A stretch of 64,000 nucleotides of DNA from an uncultured bacterium (GCA_963819815.1 CAWFXL010000001.1:928001-992000); one strand, 5' to 3'; positions 8,558 through 19,695 are shown, counted from the stretch's first letter. Notes: generated by a model from the sequence alone, not told the origin. Numbers and translations are program-made.

Positions 8558-10360
8558 ATGAAAAAACAGCTACTTCTGCTAAGCGGCCTACTCATTGGTT
8601 CGCCCAGCTTGTGCGCTATGACGTCACAAAAACCGCGTACTCAACAGGAAGAATATCTCATAAATCGTCAACTTGTCGAAGCTGCAACTGCGGGTGATAC
8701 TGACCGTATAAAAGCACTCCTAAAAGAAGGTGCTCTTAGAGATACACAAGAACATGGAATCTTTCATTATTACACGATACAAGCCCCTCATGAGGTAGCC
8801 ATGAGTGTTCTTGAACTCTTTGAAGATTATTTCAGCTTAAAAGAAGATACACAGGAAACCGCCCAAAGTAGTAATAATACCGATAGAAGTGAAAGACTAG
8901 CGAAGCTCAAGAAGTCCCTAGCAGGTTTCCGTTATTTTCTAGAACAGAGGCGAGTAGAGAGACAACTTATTAGAGCAGCAAAAGAAGGTAATGCACGTTT
9001 AGCAAAAGAGCTCATAAAAAAAGGTGCATCAGTAATAGCTTGCGATCAATCTGGACTTACACCATTTGAATGGGCAGCTATACAGGGACATACTGAAATC
9101 TTGAATATTATTCTTGATGCATTTGAAAATACTATCGAATTACGTGACAATAATGACCCACAATGGGGCCCGTATCTAGGGCTAAGCGAAGTGAATGAAG
9201 CTCGTCAGTTCATCGTTCCCCTCTTTCAAAGAAATGTCAGAGATCTAGATGAGCAGATGAGATGTATTGAAAAGATTCGACGCTATTGCAAGAGTTCTTC
9301 TTTAGAACGTGCTAAATCATTGCTTGGAGAGATTCTCAAAAACTTACAAATGGGCCTCTCTCGAGACATTATCTTTACCTTTTTCTCAGCACACAATAAC
9401 TCTCTCCGGCTTTCACTTCAGGCTATCGGAGCACAACAGCTTACTCATGCTCCTCATGCAATACGTCTTGATAAGCAAGAGCACCTTGACAGACTTTTGC
9501 TATTTGCAGCTGAAACGGATGATGAGCTGGTGAAGGCTCTTATAGATGAAGGTGCTGATGTTACTACAGTCGACAACAAACGGCGCACACCACTTCATAT
9601 TGCTGCATATCATGAAAATATCCGCGCGGCACGCATATTGCTTCGTGCAGGGGCCCCTATCGATGCTAAAGATGGACATGGGGTAACACCTCTGTATGTC
9701 AATGGCCTCATAATTGGCCCTGGAGTTGCAAAGCTCCTTCTTGAATCGGGGGCTACGGTAGAAGACAACGATAGAAGTATCACACCTGATGAGGCAAGAT
9801 CACAGGAGGCAATTACCACTCATTTAGAGGCTAGCGTAAGAAGATACGGGCCCACGCAAACAGAGGCAAAATGGGCTCTTCAAAATTTTGCATTCCTGAT
9901 CTATGTCTTTGGTATTAAACTTAATCTTCCCTTTTATGTCATCCATGAAATCATTTGCTTCGCAATAGGTGAACAAGATACCCCAGGACAATTCAATAAT
10001 TTGGTTAGAATCTGCGAAAACTTATGGTCTGAGAGATTACGAAATCAACTTGGAAATCTCTATCTTTACAAATGCAATGGCAATAAGCTTCGTTCCTTAT
10101 GGGAACAAACCGTTAGGCGTGTAGCAAAAGATCCAGATGAACAGTTGAGGCTCATTTCAAGGTTAGGTGGTTATTTAGAGCCATTTCTAGCAAACGACGT
10201 TAAGAAATTTGTATGTCTACGTATGATGAATGCAGTTGCTGCAGACAAAAGAATCCTGGGGAACAAATTTAATACAGACGAAATCCTTATCGATAACTTT
10301 AAACTCTATTACGACCATTTAGACAAGTATTTGCAGATGAGTGACTTTGATGAAGAATAG
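8558..10360 (+). CDS. Secreted ankyrin-repeat protein, array member 1 (subfamily A)
   Basis: Signal peptide; ANK repeats (GLTPFEWAAIQGH, RTPLHIAA, GVTPLY); conserved C-terminal domain. Confidence 0.9.
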   Translation: MKKQLLLLSGLLIGSPSLCAMTSQKPRTQQEEYLINRQLVEAATAGDTDRIKALLKEGALRDTQEHGIFHYYTIQAPHEVAMSVLELFEDYFSLKEDTQETAQSSNNTDRSERLAKLKKSLAGFRYFLEQRRVERQLIRAAKEGNARLAKELIKKGASVIACDQSGLTPFEWAAIQGHTEILNIILDAFENTIELRDNNDPQWGPYLGLSEVNEARQFIVPLFQRNVRDLDEQMRCIEKIRRYCKSSSLERAKSLLGEILKNLQMGLSRDIIFTFFSAHNNSLRLSLQAIGAQQLTHAPHAIRLDKQEHLDRLLLFAAETDDELVKALIDEGADVTTVDNKRRTPLHIAAYHENIRAARILLRAGAPIDAKDGHGVTPLYVNGLIIGPGVAKLLLESGATVEDNDRSITPDEARSQEAITTHLEASVRRYGPTQTEAKWALQNFAFLIYVFGIKLNLPFYVIHEIICFAIGEQDTPGQFNNLVRICENLWSERLRNQLGNLYLYKCNGNKLRSLWEQTVRRVAKDPDEQLRLISRLGGYLEPFLANDVKKFVCLRMMNAVAADKRILGNKFNTDEILIDNFKLYYDHLDKYLQMSDFDEE

Positions 10361-10406
10361 AACTGAAAAAGGCCATATATAATTTTTGAGGGTAAAGGAA
10401 AGTCTC

Positions 10407-12212
10407 ATGAAAAAACAGCTACTTCTGCTAAGCGGCCTACTCATTGGTTCGCCCAGTCTTAGTGCCGCTATGACGGTACAAAAACCGCGTACTCAATGGG
10501 AACAATATCTCGTAAATCGTCAACTTGTCGAAGCTGCAACTGCGGGTGATACTGACCGTATAAAAGCACTTCTAAAAGAAGGTGTTCTCAGAGATACGCA
10601 AGAATATGAAAGCTTTCCGTTTGAAGCGATCCGCGCCCCTTATGAGATAGCTACGAGTGTTCTTGAACTACTTGAAGATTATTTCACCCTAAAAGAAGAT
10701 ACACAGGCAACCGGTCAAAGTAATAATACTGATAAGAAAGACCAAGCAAAGCTCAAGAAGTCCCTAGCAAGTTTCCATCGATTCCTAGAACAGAAGAGAC
10801 TGAACCAGCAACTGATCAAAGCAGCAAAAGAGGGTAACGCACCTTTCGCAAAAGAACTCATAAAAAAGGGTGCTTCAATTACGTTTCGCGACCAGAAGGC
10901 TTGGCTTTCACCATTTGAGTGGGGAGCTATACAAGGACATACTGAAATCTTGAACATTCTCCTTGATGCACTTGAAGATACTATCGCACGTGACTACCAG
11001 GACTCTCTGTACATTGAAGTCGCCTTTCAAGATTTCAGGGAAGCGAATGAAGCCCGTCAGTTCATCGTTCCCCTCTTTCAAAGAGATGTCAGAGATCTAG
11101 ACGAGCAGATGAACTGTCTTGAAAAGATTCAACACTATTGTGAGAGTTCTTCTTTAAAACATGCTAAGTCTTTAATTGAAGGGATTGCAGAGAATATAAA
11201 AGTGAACCTATCACGCGATATCATCTTTACCTTTTTCTCGGCACATAATAACTCCCTCCGGCTTTCGCTTCAGGCTATCGGAGCACAACAGCTTACTCAC
11301 GCTCCTCATACAAGACGTCTTGATAAGCAAGAGCACCTTGACAGACTTTTGCTGTTTGCAGCTAAAACTGATGATGAGCTGGTGAAGGCTCTTATAGATG
11401 AAGGCGCTGATGTTACTACAGTCGATAGCATGGAACGTACACCTCTGCATATTGCTTCTTATCATGAAAATATGCGCACAGCAAGCATATTGATTCGTGA
11501 AGGGGCCCCTATCGATGCTAAAAATGGACATGGAGTAACACCTCTGTATGTCAATGGTCGGCCAATTGGCCCTGGAGTTGCAAAACTCCTACTTGAAGCG
11601 GGGGCTACGCTAGAAGACAACGATAGAAGTATGTCATATAATGATACGAGGTCACGGGAGGCAATTACCACTCATTTAGAGGCTGGCATACGAAGATTTG
11701 CGCCCACGCAAAGAGAAGCAAGAATTGCTCTTCAAAATGTTGCATTCCTGATCTATTTCTTTGGAATTAAACTTAATCTTCCCTCTTATGTCATATATGA
11801 AATCATTTGCTTCGCAATAGGTGAACAAGATACCCCAGGACAATTCAATAATTTGGTTAGAATCCGCGAGAGCTTATGGTCTGGGAGATTACAAAATCAA
11901 CTTGGAAATCTCTATCTTTACAAAATCAATGGCAATAAGCTTCGTTCCTTATGGGAACAAACCGTTAGGTGTGTAGCAAAAGATCCAGATGAACAATTGA
12001 GGCTCATTTCAAGGTTAGGTGGTTATTTAGAGCCATTTCTAGCAAACGACGTTAAGAGATTTGTATGCCTACGTATGATGAATAATGTTGCTGAAGGTAA
12101 AAAAATCTTGGGGAACAAATTCAATGCAGACGAAATCCTTGTCGATAACTTTAAGCTCTATTACGACCATTTAGACAAGTATTTGCAGATGAGTGGCTTT
12201 GATGAAGAATAG
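10407..12212 (+). CDS. Secreted ankyrin-repeat protein, array member 2 (subfamily A)
   Basis: ATG at 10407 after AAAGGA SD; close paralog of member 1; carries YKINGN instead of YKCNGN. Confidence 0.9.
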   Translation: MKKQLLLLSGLLIGSPSLSAAMTVQKPRTQWEQYLVNRQLVEAATAGDTDRIKALLKEGVLRDTQEYESFPFEAIRAPYEIATSVLELLEDYFTLKEDTQATGQSNNTDKKDQAKLKKSLASFHRFLEQKRLNQQLIKAAKEGNAPFAKELIKKGASITFRDQKAWLSPFEWGAIQGHTEILNILLDALEDTIARDYQDSLYIEVAFQDFREANEARQFIVPLFQRDVRDLDEQMNCLEKIQHYCESSSLKHAKSLIEGIAENIKVNLSRDIIFTFFSAHNNSLRLSLQAIGAQQLTHAPHTRRLDKQEHLDRLLLFAAKTDDELVKALIDEGADVTTVDSMERTPLHIASYHENMRTASILIREGAPIDAKNGHGVTPLYVNGRPIGPGVAKLLLEAGATLEDNDRSMSYNDTRSREAITTHLEAGIRRFAPTQREARIALQNVAFLIYFFGIKLNLPSYVIYEIICFAIGEQDTPGQFNNLVRIRESLWSGRLQNQLGNLYLYKINGNKLRSLWEQTVRCVAKDPDEQLRLISRLGGYLEPFLANDVKRFVCLRMMNNVAEGKKILGNKFNADEILVDNFKLYYDHLDKYLQMSGFDEE

Positions 12213-12258
12213 AACTGAAAAAGACCAAATATAATTTTTGAGGGTAAAGGAAAGTCTC

Positions 12259-14040
12259 ATGAAAGTTCGTCTATTTGGGCTCACCTGCCTACTCACTATA
12301 TCTATGAGCCTTAATTCGGTTAACCCGGTACAAAAAAAGCGTACCAACGAAGAACAGCTTTTTATCGATGCTGCAACCACGGGCGATACATTCGTTATGA
12401 GAAACCTCCTTGACAAAGGCGCTCTCAGAGGCACACAAGATTATACTGACTTGCTTTGGAATATCTATACTTCTGAAGGCGGAATATATGCCCCTTATGA
12501 AGTAGTAATGAATGTTTTTGAGCTGCTTGAAAAGTATTTCAAGCTAACAGAGGAAGATACAGATCAAGTAATTGCTCAAAGTCATAATGATATCGATAGG
12601 GGAAAGCTCAAGAAGTCGATTGCAATCCTCCGTCAAACTCTAGAACAGAGAAGAATGAACCAACAATTAATCAAAGCAGCAAAAGAGGGTAAAGCGCATC
12701 TGGTAAAGGAGCTCCTAAAAAAGGGTGCCGAAATAATTACCTATAGATGGGATGAGCCTGAGTCACTTGGATGGGCAGCAATACAGGGACATACTGAAAT
12801 CATGGACATTCTGCTTGATGATCTTCAATACATCAGCCACAAGGGATATTCAGGATTAAGTGAAGTAGGCGCAGATCGTCAACGCTTCGTTCCTCTCTTT
12901 CAAAGGAATGTCACAAGTCTAGAAGAGCAGATGAAATGTATTGAAAGGGTTCGTCTCTACCGTAAAAGCTCTTCCAATGCTACGTCGTTTCTTCGAGTGA
13001 TCGAAGCATATTTAAAGACATGCCTTTCGCGTGACATTATATTTACCTTTTTCTCATCACATAATACTGCCCTACGGCTCGCGCTTAAAGCTATTGGAGC
13101 ACAAGAGCTCACTCATGCTCCCCATGCACTACTTCCTGATAGGCAAGAACACCTTAATAGACTCTTGCTCTTTGCAGCTCAAGTAGATGATGAGCTCGTG
13201 AAGGCTCTCATTGATGAAGGCGCGGAGGTTGCTACGGTCAATGAATTTGAACCGAACCGCACACCACTTCATGTTGCCGCATATTTTGAAAATATGCGTG
13301 CTGCACGAATATTACTTCGTGCAGGGGCACCTATCGATGCTACAGATAGATATGGAGCAACACCTCTCTATGTCAATGGTCGAATAATTCGCCGCGGAGT
13401 TGCTAAACTCCTTCTTGAATCGGGGGCCACTCTAGAAGATAATACTATGCAAATGAACGATACTACTTTGTCACAGGAGACTATTACAACTGTTTTAGAA
13501 GCAAGTGTAAGAAGATTTGGGCCCCCCCACACACAGGCAAAAAGAGCCCTTCAAAATGTTGCATTCCTGATCTATATTTTGGGCATTAAACTTAATCTTC
13601 CGTATTATGTCATCCATGAAATCATTTGTTTCGCAACCTCTGAACAGGATGCACCGGGACGATGTACTCATGAATATGGCCGAATCGGCAGTAGATTGTG
13701 GTCCGCCATATTGAAAAATCATCTTGAAGACCTCTATCTCTACCAATGTAACGGCAATCAGCTTCTTCACTTATGGGAACAAACCATTAGGTGTATTGCT
13801 AAAGATCCACAGGACCAGCTTAAACTTACTTCAAGGCTAGGCAAATATTTAGAGCCATTCCGAGCAAATGACGTGAAGAGATTTGTGTGCTTGCGAATTA
13901 TGCATGAAGTTGCTGCAGGCAAAAAAATCGTGGGGGACAAAGAGAAAGAGAATACAGACGAAATCCTTGTCGATAACTTTAAGCTCTATTTCGATCATTT
14001 AGATAGGTATTTGCAGATGAGTGGCTTCGATGAAGAATAG
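12259..14040 (+). CDS. Secreted ankyrin-repeat protein, array member 3 (subfamily A)
   Basis: ATG at 12259 after SD; ANK repeats (RTPLHVAA); conserved C-terminal domain ending GFDEE. Confidence 0.9.
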   Translation: MKVRLFGLTCLLTISMSLNSVNPVQKKRTNEEQLFIDAATTGDTFVMRNLLDKGALRGTQDYTDLLWNIYTSEGGIYAPYEVVMNVFELLEKYFKLTEEDTDQVIAQSHNDIDRGKLKKSIAILRQTLEQRRMNQQLIKAAKEGKAHLVKELLKKGAEIITYRWDEPESLGWAAIQGHTEIMDILLDDLQYISHKGYSGLSEVGADRQRFVPLFQRNVTSLEEQMKCIERVRLYRKSSSNATSFLRVIEAYLKTCLSRDIIFTFFSSHNTALRLALKAIGAQELTHAPHALLPDRQEHLNRLLLFAAQVDDELVKALIDEGAEVATVNEFEPNRTPLHVAAYFENMRAARILLRAGAPIDATDRYGATPLYVNGRIIRRGVAKLLLESGATLEDNTMQMNDTTLSQETITTVLEASVRRFGPPHTQAKRALQNVAFLIYILGIKLNLPYYVIHEIICFATSEQDAPGRCTHEYGRIGSRLWSAILKNHLEDLYLYQCNGNQLLHLWEQTIRCIAKDPQDQLKLTSRLGKYLEPFRANDVKRFVCLRIMHEVAAGKKIVGDKEKENTDEILVDNFKLYFDHLDRYLQMSGFDEE

Positions 14041-14094
14041 ACCAAGCCTGACCTGAAAGGCCATCTCAATAATTTTTTAGTAAGGAAAATTCTC

Positions 14095-15981
14095 ATGAAA
14101 AAACAGATACTTGTGCTGGCCAGTCTACTCATGATATCAATGAGCCTTAGTGCCGCTATAACGGTACAAAAAAAAGCCACGATTACCACGGAAGAACAAA
14201 ATCATTTGAATCATCTATTTGCTACCGCTGCAACTGCCGGTGATCTGATGGGTATGAGAGACCTCCTTGACAAAGGCGCTCTCAGAGGCGTTCAAGATTA
14301 TAATAAATTTCTTGATATCTGTACTACTTCTGAGAAAGATTTTCATAGCCCATATGGTGTAATAATGAGTGTTTTTGGACTACTTGAAGATTATTTCATG
14401 CTAAATGAAGATGCCGTTCAGACACTTGCTCAAGGTCATGACGATGTCGATCGGGTAAACCTTAAGACATCTATTACAAGATTCCGTCAATTTCTAAAGC
14501 CCTATATGTTGAACCAAGGGCTACTCAGAGCAGTAAAAGATGGCAACGCACATCTGGTTAAAGAGCTCATAAAAGAAGGTGCCTTTATAGACTATTACGA
14601 TCACTCTTGGATTACATCATTTGAATGGGCAGCGATAAAGGGGCATACTGAAATCATGAACATTCTTCTTGGTGCACTTGAAGATACGATCGCACGTGAA
14701 AAAGCCCAAGATGCCCCAAGGATGGTTGACATCAGATATCAAAACCTAATAGAGGTACAATCAGACAGCGCGCACATTGTTCCATTATTTCAAAGAGATG
14801 TCAGAAGTCTAGAAGAGCAGATGAAGTGCGTTGAGAAGATTGATCTTTATTGCAAGAGTTCTTCTTTAGACGAGGCTAAATCTTGTCTTAGAAAAATTCA
14901 AGAACTGATTAAGATACATCTTTCACGCGACATCATCTTTACCTTTTTTTCATCACATAATAATTCCCTACATCTTTCACTTAAAGCTATCGGAGCACAA
15001 CAGCTTGCTCACGGTTCTCATGCAATACGTTTTGACGCATTTTCTTTTTTGACAGGATTGTATCGTTGGGCCACAACTAGGGTTTGGACAAGTTATTCCA
15101 AGCAAGAGCACCTTGATAGACTCTTGCTATTTGCAGCTCAAATGGATGATGAGTTAGTGAAGGCTCTTATAGACGAAGGGGCAGATGTTAATACGGTCGC
15201 AGCAGATATTAGGATGGTCTATGGTATGAGACGTACTCCACTTCATATTGCCGCATATTTTCAAAATATCCGCGCAGCCCGCATATTACTTCGTGCAGGG
15301 GCATCTATCGATGCTCAAGATCGAAATGGGACAACACCTCTGTATGTCAATGGTAGCACAATTGTACCTGGAGTTGCAAAACTCCTTCTTGAATGGGGGG
15401 CTACTCTCAAAGATAATTATAAAGCTACTTCTGATGATACTAGTTTCCAGGCGGCTGTTAAAACTGTTTTAGAAGCTGGCGTGAGAAGATTCATGCCAAC
15501 GCGAACAGAAGCAAAAATTGCTCTTCAAAATATTGCGTTCCTGATCTATATCTTAGGCATTAAACTTCGTCTTCCGCCTTACGTCATCCCTGAGATCATC
15601 TGTTTCGCAACTACTAATCCAAGGGCAGAAATATTTATATCAGAATGGACGCAGCAATTAAAAAGAGATCTTGTTGTGCTCTATCTTTACAAGTGTAATG
15701 GCAATAAGCTCTTTCCCCTCTGGGCACAAACCGTGAGGTGTTTCGCTAAAGATCCACAAGAACTGGCTAGTCTCATGTCAAAGGTAGGTAGCTATTTAGA
15801 GCCTTTCCTCGCAAATGACACAAAGAGATTTGCATGCCTAGCTATTATGAACGAAGTTGCTAAAGACAACCAAATACTCGGAAACAAAACTAATAACAGG
15901 GAAATTCTCGTCGATAACCGTAAGCTCTATTTCGACCATTTAGATCAATATTTGCAGGTGAGTGATTTTGATGAAGAATAG
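14095..15981 (+). CDS. Secreted ankyrin-repeat protein, array member 4 (subfamily A)
   Basis: Signal peptide, ANK repeats and conserved C-terminal domain; 21-aa insertion relative to siblings. Confidence 0.9.
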   Translation: MKKQILVLASLLMISMSLSAAITVQKKATITTEEQNHLNHLFATAATAGDLMGMRDLLDKGALRGVQDYNKFLDICTTSEKDFHSPYGVIMSVFGLLEDYFMLNEDAVQTLAQGHDDVDRVNLKTSITRFRQFLKPYMLNQGLLRAVKDGNAHLVKELIKEGAFIDYYDHSWITSFEWAAIKGHTEIMNILLGALEDTIAREKAQDAPRMVDIRYQNLIEVQSDSAHIVPLFQRDVRSLEEQMKCVEKIDLYCKSSSLDEAKSCLRKIQELIKIHLSRDIIFTFFSSHNNSLHLSLKAIGAQQLAHGSHAIRFDAFSFLTGLYRWATTRVWTSYSKQEHLDRLLLFAAQMDDELVKALIDEGADVNTVAADIRMVYGMRRTPLHIAAYFQNIRAARILLRAGASIDAQDRNGTTPLYVNGSTIVPGVAKLLLEWGATLKDNYKATSDDTSFQAAVKTVLEAGVRRFMPTRTEAKIALQNIAFLIYILGIKLRLPPYVIPEIICFATTNPRAEIFISEWTQQLKRDLVVLYLYKCNGNKLFPLWAQTVRCFAKDPQELASLMSKVGSYLEPFLANDTKRFACLAIMNEVAKDNQILGNKTNNREILVDNRKLYFDHLDQYLQVSDFDEE

Positions 15982-16012
15982 AACCTAGCTTGAATAGTCA
16001 GGCACCCACTCA

Positions 16013-16084
16013 TACTTATATGATGCACTCGCAGGATCAAGACATTCATGACACTGATCGCACTCATTAATGCCCTTAGCTAGA
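16013..16084 (+). pseudogene. Decayed copy of the 3' end of the 6430-8376 gene
   Basis: TACTTATATGATGCACTCGC...TCAAGACATTCATGA...CTCATTAA aligns with TACTTATACGACGCGCTTGC...TCAAGATATTCATGA...CTCAATAA at 8317-8376 and its flank. Confidence 0.7.
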
Positions 16085-16156
16085 CACCTGCCATCCACTC
16101 TTATGTACCAAAGGCGTAATAAGGGCGACCTGGGTACGGCTTTCTCTGCAAAATAA

Positions 16157-16184
16157 TTGACAATTTGTTAAAATTCTATACACT
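16157..16184 (+). promoter_or_regulatory. Sigma70-type promoter of the ankyrin array, copy 2 (TTGACA-N16-TACACT)
   Basis: Near-identical to 8473-8500, including the downstream CGTATATACTTTGAC. Confidence 0.65.
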
Positions 16185-16241
16185 AAATCGTATATACTTT
16201 GACTTAATTTGAATTAATTTTTTTCTATAGGAAAAAGTCTC

Positions 16242-18002
16242 ATGAAAAAACAGATACTTGTGCTGAGTGGTTTACTGATCGGCTCCCAGAGCCTTAGTGG
16301 TGCTATGACAACACAAAAACAAGTTACCCGTACCCAAGAAGAACACTATCAGCTCAATCGTCAATTTGTCGAGGCAACCAATGCGGGTGATACTGACCGT
16401 ATAAAAGCGCTCCTTAAAGAAGGCGCTCTCAGAGATACGCACACATATAGGATCTTTCCTTTTTACGCGATACGCGCCCCTCATGAGGTAGCCATGAGTG
16501 TTCTTGAACAACTTGAAGAGTATTTCAACCTACAAGAAGATATCCAGGCAACAGTTCAAGGTAATACTACTACCGATAGTAGTACAGGACAAACGAACCG
16601 CTTCCTCGAATCTTTCCGTGATTACCTAGAGCATCAGAGAATAGACCAGCAACTGACCAGATCAGCTAAAGAGGGTAACGCACCTTTAACAAAAGAGCTC
16701 ATGAAAAAGCTTGCTTTAAGATGTTATGGGCTTACACCATTTATATGCGCAGCCCTACAGGGACATACTGAAATCTTGGATAGTATTCTTGATGCATTTG
16801 AAAATGATCCACCATTGATGGAAAGAATCGCATATCGAAGGCTAAGCGAAGTGAATGCAGACCGTGAATCCATCGTCCGCCTCTTTCAAAGAGATGTCAG
16901 GAATCTAGATGATCAGATGGGATGTCTTGAAAAAATTCGTCACTATTGTGAGAGTTCTTCTTTAGAACATGCTAAGTTCCTTATTGGGATTATTGCGGAG
17001 AGTATAAAAGTGAACCTATCACGCGATATCATCTTTACCTTTTTCTCAGCACATAATGATTCCCTACGGCTCTCTCTTAAAGCTATCGGAGCTCAACAGC
17101 TTACTCATTCTCCTGCATTACGTGTTAACACGATTAGTAAGCAAGAGCATCTTAATAGACTCTTGCTGTTTGCAGTGAGAGAAGATGATGAGCTGATGAA
17201 GGCTCTTATAGATGAAGGAGCTGATGTTAGTACGGTCGATGACATGAAACGTACACCTCTGCATCTTGCTTCATATCATGAAAATATCCGCGCCGCACAG
17301 ATACTACTGCGTGCAGGGGCACCTATCGATGCTCTAGATAGCTTTGGAGTAACCCCTCTGTATATCAGTGGTCGAATAATTCGCCCTGGAGTTCCAAAAC
17401 TTCTTCTTGAATCGGGAGCTACGCTAGAAGACAACGATAGAAATATCTCGTTTAATGATGCTCAAGAGACTATTAAAACTATTTTAGAAGCTAGCGTAAG
17501 AAGATGTGTGCCCACGCAAACAGAGGCAAAAGTTGCTCTTCAAAATGTTGCATTCCTCTTCTATTTCTTGGGCACTAAATGCAGTCTTCCCTTCTATGTC
17601 ATCCATGAAATCATTTGTTTCGCAACCGGTGCACAAAACGTGGAAGGACGACTCATTGCACCTGAATGGACTCAGAGATTAAAAAGAGATCTTGAAGTAC
17701 TCTATCTCTACAAATGTAATGGCAATAGACTTCTTCCCCTGTGGGTACAAACTATTACCTGTATAGCTAAAGATCCACAAGAACAATCACAGCTCATTTC
17801 AAGGTTAGGTGGCTATGTAGAGCCTTTCCTCGCAAATGACACGAAGAGATTAGTATGCCTACGTATTATGAATAAAGTTGCTGCAGGCAAAAGAATCCTG
17901 GTGAACAAATTAAATACAGACGAAATTCTTGTCGATAACTTTAAGCTCTATTTCGAACATTTAGACAAGTATTTGCAGATGAGTGGCTTCGATGAAGAAT
18001 AA
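16242..18002 (+). CDS. Secreted ankyrin-repeat protein, array member 5 (subfamily A)
   Basis: Signal peptide and ANK repeats; shares APHEVAMSVLE with member 1. Confidence 0.9.
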   Translation: MKKQILVLSGLLIGSQSLSGAMTTQKQVTRTQEEHYQLNRQFVEATNAGDTDRIKALLKEGALRDTHTYRIFPFYAIRAPHEVAMSVLEQLEEYFNLQEDIQATVQGNTTTDSSTGQTNRFLESFRDYLEHQRIDQQLTRSAKEGNAPLTKELMKKLALRCYGLTPFICAALQGHTEILDSILDAFENDPPLMERIAYRRLSEVNADRESIVRLFQRDVRNLDDQMGCLEKIRHYCESSSLEHAKFLIGIIAESIKVNLSRDIIFTFFSAHNDSLRLSLKAIGAQQLTHSPALRVNTISKQEHLNRLLLFAVREDDELMKALIDEGADVSTVDDMKRTPLHLASYHENIRAAQILLRAGAPIDALDSFGVTPLYISGRIIRPGVPKLLLESGATLEDNDRNISFNDAQETIKTILEASVRRCVPTQTEAKVALQNVAFLFYFLGTKCSLPFYVIHEIICFATGAQNVEGRLIAPEWTQRLKRDLEVLYLYKCNGNRLLPLWVQTITCIAKDPQEQSQLISRLGGYVEPFLANDTKRLVCLRIMNKVAAGKRILVNKLNTDEILVDNFKLYFEHLDKYLQMSGFDEE

Positions 18003-18054
18003 ACCAAATCTAAATAGGCCATGTAAATAAATTTTTTATTAAAGGAAAAATCTC

Positions 18055-19665
18055 ATGAAAAAACAGATATTTGGACTCAGCAGTCTACTCATGATATCGA
18101 TGAACATTTGTGGTGCTACGTCGGCACTATGCCCAGTAGAAGTTGCACTTCCAACAGTAGAGAACGTGCAACAGCAGCTCAGCAGCGCTGCAAAAACTGG
18201 TGATGCCGATCGCATAAGAGCTTTGCTTGCTCAAGGTGCTTTACTATGCCAGAAAGATAGATTTGGCTATACTCCCTTTGATTGGGCTGCTATACATGGG
18301 CATGTTGCATGCTTACAGATTTTCCTTGATGCACTGGAAAATAATACCCCACCAGATCGCCAAGACGCTTACTATAGAACCTTACTAGGCATAAAGATGC
18401 AGCACCTCGATTTGGACATATTCCAAAGAGATCCGCAAAGCACGAATCTGACTGAGTTAGCCACGCTCCTTTTCTATATATATTTCAGTAGTAGAGGAAA
18501 TTGGGGTGATGAAATCCCTGGTTTGTTCGAGTTACTTACAAATATTTACTTCAGACTAGGAGACCAGCTTTCACTTAACATTGTACTGAGCTGCTTTTCA
18601 TCAAGTGTCCTAGAGCAAGCATTAGTATCTGCAGGAGGACTGCGTGCAGATGATGCTGAGAATCTATTTGGATCTTTACGAGATTGTAACTCTATATATT
18701 TTCGGCAGGCATGGCTCTGTGCTGGGGGAGATCCGGTTACGTATACCAACCTAAGAATACCCTCCACACAGGAAATCAGACAGTATCATCTTAATAGGCT
18801 CATGCGTTTTGCCATCCGTGAGGAACATGAAGATCTTTTACGTGCTCTTATAGCCGAAGGAGCAAGCGTTACTACTGGTACTAGATCAACAGCCCCATTC
18901 AGTGACATGCCACCTCTTCACGTTGCAGCATGGTTTGGCAAGACAAGAATGGCAAAACTATTACTTGACGCAGGCGCACCCGTCGACCGAAAACACGGTT
19001 CAGATACCGCTTTTCGTTACGCCTATGAAAGCAAATCAGATGATGTAGCCCAGCTCCTTTTTGAATCGGGTGCATCTATTACCTATGAGTACACCCGTGA
19101 ACTAGGCATACAATACTTTGGTAAACATCCCTATTTTAAAATGCTTCTCCAGGGAAGTAAACGAAGATATGCCCCCACCAAGAACGATGCGAAAATTGCT
19201 ATGCAAAATGTTGCACGTCTCATATATGCCTTGAACCACTTACCAGCTTACGTTATCTATGAGATCATCTTATTTGCGGCAGGAGAACAGAATAATGACC
19301 AAGGACAACTTATTGCACCAGAATGGACTAAGACTTTAAGAAATTCTCTCGCGGTGCTCTATCTCTACAAATGTAATGGAAATAAACTGTATCCACTATG
19401 GGAACAAACCATACGGTGTATAATAAAAGATCCTGAACAGCAAACCCTATTCATCTCAAAACTTGAAAACTTTTTACGTCCGTTTCTTGGCAATGATGTC
19501 ATAAGGTTAGCATGTTCACACCTTATGCAAAAAATTGCTGCCGATGCCTGTGATGTGCAACGAAGTATCTATGAAAATGATCTTTTTGGTGAAGATTTTG
19601 GGCTCTATTGCAAACATTTAAAAGAGTCAGGGCATCTAGCTATTAATGGATATGATGTACCTTAA
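18055..19665 (+). CDS. Secreted ankyrin-repeat protein, array member 6 (subfamily B)
   Basis: Signal peptide; GYTPFDWAAIHGH and PPLHVAA ANK repeats; conserved C-terminal domain. Confidence 0.9.
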   Translation: MKKQIFGLSSLLMISMNICGATSALCPVEVALPTVENVQQQLSSAAKTGDADRIRALLAQGALLCQKDRFGYTPFDWAAIHGHVACLQIFLDALENNTPPDRQDAYYRTLLGIKMQHLDLDIFQRDPQSTNLTELATLLFYIYFSSRGNWGDEIPGLFELLTNIYFRLGDQLSLNIVLSCFSSSVLEQALVSAGGLRADDAENLFGSLRDCNSIYFRQAWLCAGGDPVTYTNLRIPSTQEIRQYHLNRLMRFAIREEHEDLLRALIAEGASVTTGTRSTAPFSDMPPLHVAAWFGKTRMAKLLLDAGAPVDRKHGSDTAFRYAYESKSDDVAQLLFESGASITYEYTRELGIQYFGKHPYFKMLLQGSKRRYAPTKNDAKIAMQNVARLIYALNHLPAYVIYEIILFAAGEQNNDQGQLIAPEWTKTLRNSLAVLYLYKCNGNKLYPLWEQTIRCIIKDPEQQTLFISKLENFLRPFLGNDVIRLACSHLMQKIAADACDVQRSIYENDLFGEDFGLYCKHLKESGHLAINGYDVP

Positions 19666-19695
19666 GGAAAATAATTAGATCGTAAGGAAAATCTC

